From a virus (Duplodnaviria > Caudoviricetes): 64,000 nt of DNA. Shown in pieces: positions 29,005 to 39,600 of this stretch; within the stretch, counting starts at the first letter, position 1; the number at the start of each line of letters is the position of its first letter. Where the stretch lies: positions 64,001 to 128,000 of the IMG/VR virus record IMGVR_UViG_3300037851_000671. The stretch is one strand, 5' to 3'. The notes under the pieces are model-generated. The model was not told where the DNA came from and searched no databases. It saw nothing but the letters and a program-made list of their open reading frames with translations. Both the position numbers and the translations under genes were made by a program.

Positions 29005-31152
29005 ATGGTATGTAATCCAGCAGACAACTCATTCGACCTTCCGGTTTTGCCACCGTTGAATATTCCTGGTATTGGAAATCCTACTTCTGTTCCAAAATTG
29101 CCAATTCCAGATGTAACAATTCCAGAAGGCATACCAGAAGACATCATTGCGCTGATAGATCAGATTTCAGCCTTGTTCCCAACTGGAATAAAACTTGGAC
29201 CAAATCCAGGTAAGTTTTTCAAAGACGTAATGGATGCTATTGCCAACCTGTTTACGGTGATAGCTCCATTCCTTGCTTTCTACAAATTCATACAGGCCAT
29301 TCTTGATATCATTGTATGTATCATTGATGTAATCTGTGCTTTATTGAACCCATTTGCTTTACCTGGAGCAGTGATGAAGCTGTTCAAGAAATGCATTCCT
29401 AATTTCTTGAGCCTGTTTCCGTTTTTAGCTCTTATCGTAATGATTATTGCTCTACTTCTATTGCTGTTGGCTATTATAGAGTATATAATCAATGTAATAA
29501 TTGATGTCATAAACCAGATTATACAGAACATAAAAAGGCTTGAGGAGGCTTTTAGAGCAAGTGACTCTGAGGGCATTCTAGCCATCATCAGGAAAATCTC
29601 ATACCTGCTGTGTTTGATACAGAACGTATTTGCAATCCTGATAGCATTGCAATCACTACTGGCAATCATCCAGCCGCTAATGGAGCTGAGTGGATTTGGA
29701 ATATGTAGCGACAAGGATGCATGCTGTGGCCCTGACTTCTGCCCTCCGTTCATCAAGAACAACCCAGATGGAATCAAGGGTAACGTTGGGCACCTTTACT
29801 ACATGCCACAAATCAACCAAACACCAGATCCATCACTTACAGTGCCTATGGATTTGGCCCCAAGAAGAGCGGAGTTTTGGCAGTTTTTTGAGGAGGCGAA
29901 TTCAGCTCCTAACATCATTGCCTCAATCATCACTCCATCTCCAAATCTAGGACTTACGTTCTGGGCAGAGGGAGAGTCTTACGCCGACGACGCCAACAAG
30001 ATCAAGGTTCCATATCTTCTTGATATGACCTTCCTGATTGATCCAAAACAATTTGGGCATACCGATGACAAACTAGGAAGGCGCAAATTCCAGATTAAAG
30101 ACATCATTATCAAACAGAAGCCTACAACTTTCCGCAAAAACTACAATGACGCTACTGGAAACGCTTCTGTCTACATACCAAACGGAGTGGCTGTTATCGG
30201 CGGTGGAACGGTATGGGAAGTTCAGAGCGATGGGTCTCTCACCTCATACATGGTCAATGGTAAGCAAGCTACGCTAAATACATTCATTCATCTTCCTACC
30301 ACAAATGCCATTGCCCTACCGTCTACCGATGATGGTTACATGATAAATCAGATTGAGTATACATTCAGGTGGAACTATGAAATGCTGGTAGACAAGCGCC
30401 TTACCTCAATGATGTGTAATCCGCTTTTGGCAAGTGAATCGGCTGTCATAAACGTCGAGAATGACAACATGTCAACAATGGCAAAGATTGGTCCAATGCC
30501 AGATCCATCCAAAACGGTTGCAGCATGTAACAAGTGTATCTCAGAGTTCAGAAAGGGTATCAACGAAGATACGGCCAATGCTTTGCAGGCTTGTTTGCTT
30601 AGTAACCTCAACGGACTAAAGGATGAGACAACGGCGTATTTGTGCAACGCCATCACGGTGGCCGCTAACAGGTTTACAAGCGATGTATCAGTTACTCCTA
30701 AAGTACAGTTTGTGACGCTGCCAATCAAGGTTGCTGTAACGCTCAAGGACAAGAGCGGAACGCAGTTGGCTGTCAAAATTCCAACAGACCTTGGTGAGTG
30801 TATTGCAAAATCCATAACAGCACGTTCTGTTGTTGGACCAAACGGAGAACCAACACTTGGAAAGATAAGCGAGTTCTCATATGATGGTTACGGGCAATTT
30901 GTAGCAGATCTTACAACCAAGGAAGCTGGTGTCGGTTACTTGCAAGCGTATATCAAAGACGAATCAATATCGCGAATACTGAACCGTGACAACCTTACTA
31001 TAAATTCGTCTTTTGAGGAGCTACTTGTCCAGTATGAGTTTGTGGGCGGAGTCAGACCTACAAGCCGCAGAACGGTTCTTAGCGAGGAGCGTGGTGGCGA
31101 TCAGACGGTTGATCGTTTTGATGCGAGCGATACTTCCAAGGATGGTAGCTAA
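29005..31152 (+). CDS. Baseplate-region protein with long hydrophobic segment, Cys clusters and C-terminal Ig-like domain
   Basis: Hydrophobic FLALIVMIIALLLLLLAIIEYII, a CSDKDACCGPDFC cluster, and a Big-1/invasin-like pattern (VAVTLKDKSG..GQFVADLTTKEAGVGYLQAYI). Confidence 0.55.
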   Translation: MVCNPADNSFDLPVLPPLNIPGIGNPTSVPKLPIPDVTIPEGIPEDIIALIDQISALFPTGIKLGPNPGKFFKDVMDAIANLFTVIAPFLAFYKFIQAILDIIVCIIDVICALLNPFALPGAVMKLFKKCIPNFLSLFPFLALIVMIIALLLLLLAIIEYIINVIIDVINQIIQNIKRLEEAFRASDSEGILAIIRKISYLLCLIQNVFAILIALQSLLAIIQPLMELSGFGICSDKDACCGPDFCPPFIKNNPDGIKGNVGHLYYMPQINQTPDPSLTVPMDLAPRRAEFWQFFEEANSAPNIIASIITPSPNLGLTFWAEGESYADDANKIKVPYLLDMTFLIDPKQFGHTDDKLGRRKFQIKDIIIKQKPTTFRKNYNDATGNASVYIPNGVAVIGGGTVWEVQSDGSLTSYMVNGKQATLNTFIHLPTTNAIALPSTDDGYMINQIEYTFRWNYEMLVDKRLTSMMCNPLLASESAVINVENDNMSTMAKIGPMPDPSKTVAACNKCISEFRKGINEDTANALQACLLSNLNGLKDETTAYLCNAITVAANRFTSDVSVTPKVQFVTLPIKVAVTLKDKSGTQLAVKIPTDLGECIAKSITARSVVGPNGEPTLGKISEFSYDGYGQFVADLTTKEAGVGYLQAYIKDESISRILNRDNLTINSSFEELLVQYEFVGGVRPTSRRTVLSEERGGDQTVDRFDASDTSKDGS

Positions 31153-32897
31153 TGGCTGAGATAGACAAACTTCTAGAAGATGCTGCGAAAATTGATGAGG
31201 CTGTCAAAGAAGAGTACCTTGATGATGTTCAAGATTTGAATCTTGACCTGAACAAGCTATACAATGATTGGATCGTTCCAATTGAAAACATACGCAGCAA
31301 GACTGTTATCAATGTAAGCGCTGGACCCAAGATCGGTAAAGAGGGCGTGATTGATGATTCTGGAGAAAGCCAAGAGCCTCAAGAAAGCCGGGCCCATGCA
31401 TTTTTGCGTGGGCTTGGAATACCTGTTGTAGCCTCTGATGGTAAGTTTTTCAATCCTGGCTTCAACCCTAAGAAAACTTCAGCTCAGCAACAGGAGATTC
31501 TATCAATCTCAGGTAATGTAGCTCAAGTCGTTAGAGTGATGCAGGCTAAAAGGGAAATAGACACCAAAGCCAGGCGTAATATATTCCGTAATGCCGGGCA
31601 AGATGCTGCGCTGTTTTCTTTGGCGTTATCATTGCCAGAGGGTCAGAAGAAATTCAACAACATGAAAGAAGGCGCTGACCCCTTGGAGAAAGATTCCCAA
31701 GAACTATCAATACCAAACCGCCATACAATCATCAACAAGGTTTACACCAAGAACGCCGATGGAAACTTTGATGCATTCAGCGAGAAAGAGACATTCAGTG
31801 TTGGCAACTCTCACATGATACGTCCTTTGACAACTGATCCTCTTATCTGCTCTACTGTAAGAACACGTGACAGACAGCTTTGTGTACCATTCCCTGAAAA
31901 CAACAATGATACCTATAAATCACAGAAGCTAAAGCTTAAAAGGTGTGGACTTGAGCTTATCATCAGGCTCAGGTTGAAGCAGAGGTCTGTGCCCGAGGAT
32001 GCTGCGGCAGCTCTATCTTTTCCAGAAATCAAGGATGTGATAGGTGATAACACTATGGGTATTTCCACACAGCAACTAAAGCAATTGAAAGCGGCTCTTG
32101 GGAACCTGGATCCATATGCCCCAAGCGTTGATGACATGATCAATGCCAGCAACTTTATTGAGCTTAGGACCCTTGATGAGTATGTCAGGACTCTAAAAGG
32201 TGTTATCATTATTTATGCTCAAGCTTTGGATACTATAAAACGGGTAAGTAGTGAAATAACATGGGTTCCGTTTTGCCGTGACCGTGGTCCAGAAGGTGGA
32301 ACACAGATGATTCCCGGTTTCGCTGTTCCAAGAAAATTCCTTAAATCATGGGAGCTTGAGAGGCGGATTATTGGCCTAAAAGCCAGGGCGCAAATAGCAA
32401 AGAACCAGCAGAATCTTGGTTCTGTAACCGATGATGGCCAACCATCAGATGAAGACAAGATAGATTACAGTGACTTTGTATTCTCTCAGCACAACAATGT
32501 GGTAAGCACTTTTGATAATGAGTTAGCACAAGCGGAACAGCAAAAGAAACAACTAGAGACAGAGGCCAGTGATGCCATCAGAACTATTGAGATAGTGATG
32601 GGTGAGGTTTCTGGACTTGGCCTAGTTGACATATTGGCAGTTCATATTGCTCTATGGTCACTTGATATCTCTGTTTTGCTTAGTCTTCTTGATGATGCCG
32701 CAGCTGAAAGACTGTGGAATTTGAAGTATCTACGTACTCAAGAAGTTCAGGATAGAAAAGATAACGGATCTGATATTGAAACTGCTTTGAAAAAGTTTGA
32801 TGACAGGGTTTATAGCATTCTTTCGTATTCAGACATGATCTTCGACATTGTAACTGGAAATTACAAGTCAGGAATCGGAGACGTACCAAGAGGGTAA
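31152..32897 (+). CDS. Hypothetical baseplate-region protein
   Basis: 581-aa ORF coupled by a TAATG overlap. No motif recognised. Confidence 0.6.
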   Translation: MAEIDKLLEDAAKIDEAVKEEYLDDVQDLNLDLNKLYNDWIVPIENIRSKTVINVSAGPKIGKEGVIDDSGESQEPQESRAHAFLRGLGIPVVASDGKFFNPGFNPKKTSAQQQEILSISGNVAQVVRVMQAKREIDTKARRNIFRNAGQDAALFSLALSLPEGQKKFNNMKEGADPLEKDSQELSIPNRHTIINKVYTKNADGNFDAFSEKETFSVGNSHMIRPLTTDPLICSTVRTRDRQLCVPFPENNNDTYKSQKLKLKRCGLELIIRLRLKQRSVPEDAAAALSFPEIKDVIGDNTMGISTQQLKQLKAALGNLDPYAPSVDDMINASNFIELRTLDEYVRTLKGVIIIYAQALDTIKRVSSEITWVPFCRDRGPEGGTQMIPGFAVPRKFLKSWELERRIIGLKARAQIAKNQQNLGSVTDDGQPSDEDKIDYSDFVFSQHNNVVSTFDNELAQAEQQKKQLETEASDAIRTIEIVMGEVSGLGLVDILAVHIALWSLDISVLLSLLDDAAAERLWNLKYLRTQEVQDRKDNGSDIETALKKFDDRVYSILSYSDMIFDIVTGNYKSGIGDVPRG

Positions 32898-32899
32898 AT

Positions 32900-33334
32900 A
32901 TGTCATTTGATTTGAAGCTGTTCAATGGAGACTTGGTTATCGGAAAGAAAGGTGACGTGGACATAGTTGAAAATGGGGATAAACTTGTCCAAGATGTTCT
33001 GAAGATAGTCAGCACTCCGCTGGGGTCCAATCCATTTTTTCCTTGGTATGGTTCTCCCATGAGTTCAGCTTTGATTGGAACTGGGTATGAAGAAGAGTTC
33101 ATAAGTACAGTTGCTTCCCAGCAGCTCAACGCAGCTCTTGATAACCTGAAGCAACTTCAGAACCAGCAAAAGCAATACAATCAAATAATTACGCCGGCTG
33201 AGCAAATCGCCGCTGTGCAAGATGTTTCGGTAAATCAGGACGCTCACGATCCAAGATTTTACATAGTGAGGCTAACCGTTATTTCCAAGGCCTTTCAGCG
33301 GGTTGAACCAACGTTTGCTGTTCCAATCAGCTAA
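32900..33334 (+). CDS. gp25/gpW-like baseplate wedge (sheath initiator)
   Basis: DLKLFNGDLV..KLVQDVLKIVSTPLGSNPFFPWYGS pattern, directly before the J-like gene. Confidence 0.85.
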   Translation: MSFDLKLFNGDLVIGKKGDVDIVENGDKLVQDVLKIVSTPLGSNPFFPWYGSPMSSALIGTGYEEEFISTVASQQLNAALDNLKQLQNQQKQYNQIITPAEQIAAVQDVSVNQDAHDPRFYIVRLTVISKAFQRVEPTFAVPIS

Positions 33335-33409
33335 ACAACCACGCATTCTCAGGCATAACAGAGCCAGCACTAAGGTGTTGGATATATGCTATTTTGAGGC
33401 CGAGGAGAC

Positions 33410-36400
33410 ATGGTAAATATCAAGACATCGGATGAAATCATCCTTGAAATTTTGGACTTCTTGCGAACGGCGATACCTCAACTTGATCTGAAGCCAGGAA
33501 CCGTTGCGCGAGATTTGTTCGTTGATGCTCCCGGTAATCAGCTTGGTAGCTTGTATGATGAGCTGGCAAATGTCAGCGGTTCTCAATCGCTAAGCCAGGC
33601 GCTTGGTTCGGATCTTGATGATATTGCTGCAAATTTCGGCGCCATAAGAAAACAGGGTTCCCGCGCCTCAGGAACAGCCCTGCTTACTTTCAACGCTATT
33701 GATGCTGACATTCCAATCAACTCTGGAGACATTGTTGTAGCCACGAACGGCACTTCTTTCCAGGTAGTCAACAGCATGACCGTGGGAGCGGCCAGCAAGA
33801 ACACCTACAGAGCGGTTGCGGCCAAATACGCAGCTGACTTGAATTTCCTTGGAATCACAGATCAGTATGCAGTTGAAGTGAATGTTCAGGCCACAACCTC
33901 TGGAATCGGTGGAAACATATCCAAGTATACCCTGACATCTACTACAATCTCGGGCGTATCAAATGTAACAAACGTAGTGTCATTTGGTGGTGGTTCTGAT
34001 GTTGAAACTGACGAAGCCCTCAAACGCAGAGTGTATGGAATTTTCTCTGGTTCAAATACCGGTACCACAGCAGGTTATCGTGACACTGTAAGAGGAGACC
34101 CTGAGGTTATTGATGCGGTTGTGGTTGGGCCAGGAGACCCTTTGATGACAAGGGACGGCACCATAGTAAACGTAGCTGAGGATGGCACGAAAACAATCGT
34201 ATCAGAGGGAACCGGAGGAAAGGTTGATATTTACACTTTTGGCTTCCGTCTTACACAAGTGATAGATAGCTACATCTATCATGACAAGAGCAACAAGGAC
34301 GATCCAACAGATCCAATCAATGATTTCGTTCTTGGACAGATTGATTCAGATGCCGGAAAGAGCGTAACCAGGAAAAGGATTGATGACCTGCAAAACGGAG
34401 TTTTGCCTGACCAACCTGTAAATAACATCATTCAAGTGTCTGGTTCAAACAGCGGATCAAACTATGTAGAGATGAGTGTTGATTCGCTGGGGCGTGTATC
34501 TGGAAACTATGAACTACTCAAGGACACAGGGGCTTACGCCGGTAGTGTTTGGGGTTTCGATAAACTGCACTGGATAAGTAATCACATTAGCGGATTTGAA
34601 GAGGACCAGACCAAAGGCAAGTTCAATAGCGTTGACCCCACAGGATTCTCTGACGTGTTGAACATCTCTGGCATAAAGCAGAACATCCAGGTGATCAATG
34701 AAAACAGTAAAGTAAACCCATCTGATAGGTCTTCCATACAGCTGTTCCACGCTCCATTGACATCTGTCAGCAGGGTATACAACCAGACAACAGGAGAAAG
34801 GTATACCGTTTCAAATCAGAACCCTGACGGATCGGGAAGCACCAACACATCTGGAAGAATTATCATCTCTGGTAATTCTCTGCCGTCTGTCAGTGATATT
34901 CTACAGGTAGACTACACCTGGATATTCAGCTACGATCCAACATTCGATTTTGACAACAAGTCAACATCAAACAATCCAAGAGAGGTTCTTGACAGCATAG
35001 ATTGGGGATACTCAAGCGCTGTTAGAAGGGAAGAGTCAGTAATTGCCGCAAGTGGTAGTCAGAAAATAGTTACCACTACCCATCCAGTCAACGCTGTCAT
35101 ATCTGTAAACTCATTTGTTGAAGATTCATCAGTTGTAACACTGATTAGCAATCGTCTGGCTGTAGTTGTTACAGGACAAGTAACCAACGTCATATCAGTA
35201 TACCAAAGCACAACAGAGGCAGAGTTCTACAATACCGGAGCTAATGACGGTAGTTTTAGCGGGTTTGCTATCTTCTTGCCAACCGATACACCTGCAAAAA
35301 TTGGTGAAAGTGTGTTGGTAAGATACAATGCCAACAACCTGTTCATGGACAACGGTATATCTGGAAACTTCAGCAGCAACATAATTACTCTTCCATCTGG
35401 AGTGACGGCTTTGGCAGGTACCATTGTGGAGTGTACCTACATTGCTGATATCAGGCAGCTTCTCCCGGCAACAACGATATCCACGCTGCCAGTCATGCGT
35501 AACTTGAACTCTTTCCAGAACACAGCTAATACAAGTTTTGGAAATCAGCTAACCACACACTTGTACAGTTATGGAACAACAATAAGAAAGAACCTCGTTC
35601 TGGCGCCAAGCAGACTGAAGCTTACCATTGCCGGAACAATCTCGCCTGGAACCATGACGGTATCTGGCACAACGTTCCAAGGTATTTTTGATGGTGTATT
35701 CGTCGCTAGTGCTAATGGGTTGGCACACGATCTGTCTTCTTTGATTAGACAGGCGCTTGGACAAAACAGCAATCAAACGGTCCCGTCCAACGTCTCGATT
35801 GTAAGGCTTGTGAAATTTGAGAAGGTTGAGACAACATCTGATCTTCAGGTGCTAAGTGTCCTGACCAACTATGACATCACAGGGTACAAGATGCAATCCA
35901 ATGATTTTGCCAAAGATACCGCTTTGGCAAACACGCTGCTAACACCATCTCAGATTGAGTTGCCATCAACCCTGACTAACACAGAAAATATGCCAAAGAT
36001 TGGTGACAGATTCAGGGTCACGTTCTACATCTCAAAAACCGGCGATGTAGAAAGCGTTCCATTCAGCAAGAGCGGTACGCTGTACACTGACAAGATATTT
36101 GCCTTTGTTGATACGATATCTGTATCGAATGGATTTACATCAACAGCTTCACAGTCAGCAACACTAAGTGTAGCGGCTCAGAACCAACCAGTACAAGGAT
36201 CAAGGTACACCGCTACATACGATTATCTTGCACCAAAACCAAACGAAAGAATCACAATACAGTACAACAAGAATACTGTGATATCAGACAACACGTTCCA
36301 GATTGAAAGAACAAGAACCATTGGCGCTGACGTGCTGGTAAAAGCGGCTGAGCCTGTTTTAGTGGATGCTTCCTTGTCTGTTGTTGTACAGTCTAATTTC

Positions 36401-36652
36401 ACCAATTCAAGTACAGTAATCAAACAGAACATACAAGACGCTGTGGTATCAGCCCTAAATGCTCAGTCTCTTGGCACTATTGTGGATGCCTCTGATTTGG
36501 TCAATACAGCCTACACAATCAGCGGAGTTGATAGGGTAAGAATAACACACTTCAACTACGCAAATACAGTTGGTAACCTACTAAGCATCACGGCAGAGAA
36601 AAACCAGTATATCCAAGCGAACAACGTTGAGATAACCATTGAAGAGAGATAA
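33410..36652 (+). CDS. Baseplate J-like (gp6-like) wedge protein, enlarged
   Basis: PGTVARDL..GSDLDDIAANFGAIRKQGSRASG..GGSDVETDEALKRR motifs. Confidence 0.88.
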   Translation: MVNIKTSDEIILEILDFLRTAIPQLDLKPGTVARDLFVDAPGNQLGSLYDELANVSGSQSLSQALGSDLDDIAANFGAIRKQGSRASGTALLTFNAIDADIPINSGDIVVATNGTSFQVVNSMTVGAASKNTYRAVAAKYAADLNFLGITDQYAVEVNVQATTSGIGGNISKYTLTSTTISGVSNVTNVVSFGGGSDVETDEALKRRVYGIFSGSNTGTTAGYRDTVRGDPEVIDAVVVGPGDPLMTRDGTIVNVAEDGTKTIVSEGTGGKVDIYTFGFRLTQVIDSYIYHDKSNKDDPTDPINDFVLGQIDSDAGKSVTRKRIDDLQNGVLPDQPVNNIIQVSGSNSGSNYVEMSVDSLGRVSGNYELLKDTGAYAGSVWGFDKLHWISNHISGFEEDQTKGKFNSVDPTGFSDVLNISGIKQNIQVINENSKVNPSDRSSIQLFHAPLTSVSRVYNQTTGERYTVSNQNPDGSGSTNTSGRIIISGNSLPSVSDILQVDYTWIFSYDPTFDFDNKSTSNNPREVLDSIDWGYSSAVRREESVIAASGSQKIVTTTHPVNAVISVNSFVEDSSVVTLISNRLAVVVTGQVTNVISVYQSTTEAEFYNTGANDGSFSGFAIFLPTDTPAKIGESVLVRYNANNLFMDNGISGNFSSNIITLPSGVTALAGTIVECTYIADIRQLLPATTISTLPVMRNLNSFQNTANTSFGNQLTTHLYSYGTTIRKNLVLAPSRLKLTIAGTISPGTMTVSGTTFQGIFDGVFVASANGLAHDLSSLIRQALGQNSNQTVPSNVSIVRLVKFEKVETTSDLQVLSVLTNYDITGYKMQSNDFAKDTALANTLLTPSQIELPSTLTNTENMPKIGDRFRVTFYISKTGDVESVPFSKSGTLYTDKIFAFVDTISVSNGFTSTASQSATLSVAAQNQPVQGSRYTATYDYLAPKPNERITIQYNKNTVISDNTFQIERTRTIGADVLVKAAEPVLVDASLSVVVQSNFTNSSTVIKQNIQDAVVSALNAQSLGTIVDASDLVNTAYTISGVDRVRITHFNYANTVGNLLSITAEKNQYIQANNVEITIEER

Positions 36653-39600
36653 TGGCAAATCTAAGAGTTCTTGACATAAATGCAGCTGACAGCAGAACCA
36701 TCAAGGTCAGGTTTTCAAGCCCTGTAACTGAGTATGTTTCTGCGTCAAACGTTCTTGTGGTTTCTAAAGAAAGCGGCATCCCAGATGCTGAGGTTATTGG
36801 TGTCTCAACGACAGATGACATCCTGATCATAGAAACGCAACCAATGACACCATTCAGCAGGTATGATGTCATATTCAGATCCACTAACGCAGTGAAGTTT
36901 ACCAGCGTAGACGGCCAAAGCTATCTGGTAGAGGATGGTCAAGCCAATGTTCGCCAGGTTTTGGGTTCAGAAGACCCTGATAATCAGATACGAGATTATC
37001 TGGCTATGGCTATCGGTGGAATGGAAGGTGTATACGACATATCAAGAGAGTCTTTGGTAAGAACCATTCTAAACATGTTGTCTGATGAAATCAGAAAAGC
37101 AAAAGCTGACATTCGCGAATCGAAAAGCGCTGTGTTTTTGAGAAGGTTCGTAAAAGACGAGCAGAAGGTACGTGGGTTTGGTCCGTGGGATCGTTTGAAT
37201 CAGGAAGGCGCTTACAGTGTGGTTCGTGTTGGTCTTCAACCAACCGATACCACAATCCCCGGTTCTATACCTTTCTCCTATTTCCCACACGATCCGGTAA
37301 CACTACAAAGAGTCGTTATATCGAAAGAAACCCTGTCTGCTGGCTTTGGTTCTGGAACTTTTGATGGGTTATTGCTTACAGTTGAGAATAGTCCTGTAAC
37401 AAAACTAAAGTCTGTCTCCATCCAGTACGAGAACGGTGATGTGTACAACTACAACATATCCTCATACGGTTACAGAATCAACAACACTCGCTATGATAGT
37501 CAATTTTCTCGTACATTGGTAACACTGGAAGATAACCAGTTCCAACTTAGTGATGATCTTCTTGATGATGCTACGTTTGTTTTGCCAGGTGGTAATGACA
37601 AAATAGTTGTCTCATATGAGTACAAGAATCTTGGCATCAATGTCGATGAGCAGTCCGTTACCGTAACTCAAGTGATACCTGTTGTAAGAGAGCCAGCCCC
37701 AGCATTGTCTACGGTTTTCTCGCTGATAGGTGGTCCGGTAGTGACGGCTGGAGATCAGATTCCAACGTCAGGCGGGGTGGTTTTTCTAGACCCTTACTCG
37801 GCCACACCATTTAGAAACATACATCCGGCTTTCTTGAGAGAGCTACCATACAGACAGGAAGGATTGCCAAAGCAACCAGGCGAGTATTGTGTTGATTACA
37901 GCACAGGAAGAGTCTACGTCTATGGGGCCTCTTCCAATGATGGTACTGGTTATTTCCCTCCGGCCATGACGTATAACTACCGCAAGTCATATGTCTCTAA
38001 ACTGGACTACACCTATGTACCAGAATACATGGACTTGGTTGCATCTCCTTTGAGAGAGTTGATTGGGCAACCGGCCAAAATCAACTTCAACCTACAGGTT
38101 TCTCTAGTCCCAGGAAAGGACTATGTTGCCAATGTACATGAGGAATCACGTAACGAACGCATAGGAAACAAGATAGCTTCTCTTGGTTCCGTTTACACAT
38201 CACACTCCCCAATCACCAATGTATTCAGAGTTTACAATGAAACAAGTGGTGAGGTGTACACAATCAACAGATTCAACAAGAACAGAATCTATTACTCATA
38301 CAGAACTCCGCCAAACATCCAAGATGCCATAAGAGAACGCGCAACGTTCGCTCAGGTATTGAATGAACAGCTTGTTTTGGATTCGGAGACAATCAATGGT
38401 CTTGGAACAAGGATTTTCAAGTTCGTTTTGAGAAATAGCGTTGTGATATCTGCAACGGATGATTCAATAGGATCTAATTACAACACAAGCGCAACATTCA
38501 GCAGGCCTGACATTTTTGGTACAGAGCTTTACTATGATGGACAAGAGCTTCCTGTATCAACCAACATCAACAGGATAACTGTAGGGGATTACCAGATCAA
38601 CTACAGAACTGGCGAGGTATATGTTGGTGTTCCAAATTCTCAAGAAGCAAATGTAGGAAGCATTACCTACAAGAAAAAAGTCATAGCGCCAAACAACCCA
38701 CACGTAATATCTGTGTCCGATGTTTACTACAGCATTGCGCAAAACACAGGTATAACCAAAAAACTTGATTTCACGTCATTCGATGATGGAGAGATAACCC
38801 CAAGTGTGGTTGATCCTTCTGATGAAAGGTTCACGAACAATGACACCTCTGCACCGTACTTTTTCTACAATGGTACTATAACTGTAACTGATGACATCAA
38901 AACAGTCAGAGGTGTTTATGATGCCTACGATCTGAACAACAACCGTTCTCCGGTAAACTTTGCTGACAGTGCGAGCTGGGACGCTAACGTAATCACACTC
39001 TCTGCAACTGGAATCAACCAAACGGCCACAGTGGTAGTTGGGCCTGGGCTGGTTATCTCAACGCCATTCATATCTCCTGGCATGAATGTATCACTTGCCA
39101 TCAGCGCAATCAGAGCTTCAGACAACCAGCAGTTGATAGATGGGTACGAAACAATCAGTGGAAATGACATAACCCTTAGTGTTACATCAGGGGCTGTGGT
39201 TGGTGATGTTGTAAACGTCATATACACAATAGTTCTAAATGGCGCGTCAACACCTGTTGTCGATTACAACAAGGGAGATTATTTCGTTGACTATAGCTAC
39301 TTATTAGACGAAATCCTGGTGACATACGAGTGGGGAGATAATGTCATAGACTTCAGGACAAGCAAAGCCCTTGACGAGAATGATGAATACTATGTTTCGT
39401 ACATAGTTGGAGCCTTGCGCGATGACCTGTTGAAAAACTTTGGTTCAATGGTCCAGATTGATGAGCTTCAGGCTTTTGATGAGGACATGGATCGTGAGAT
39501 TTACAGAGCGGCTTTGTCTGGTGCTCTGCAAACGTTTACACAGGGACCAACGCTTCCAGCCATGAAACAGCTTGTAGCTTTCATAACCAAAATCGAACCA

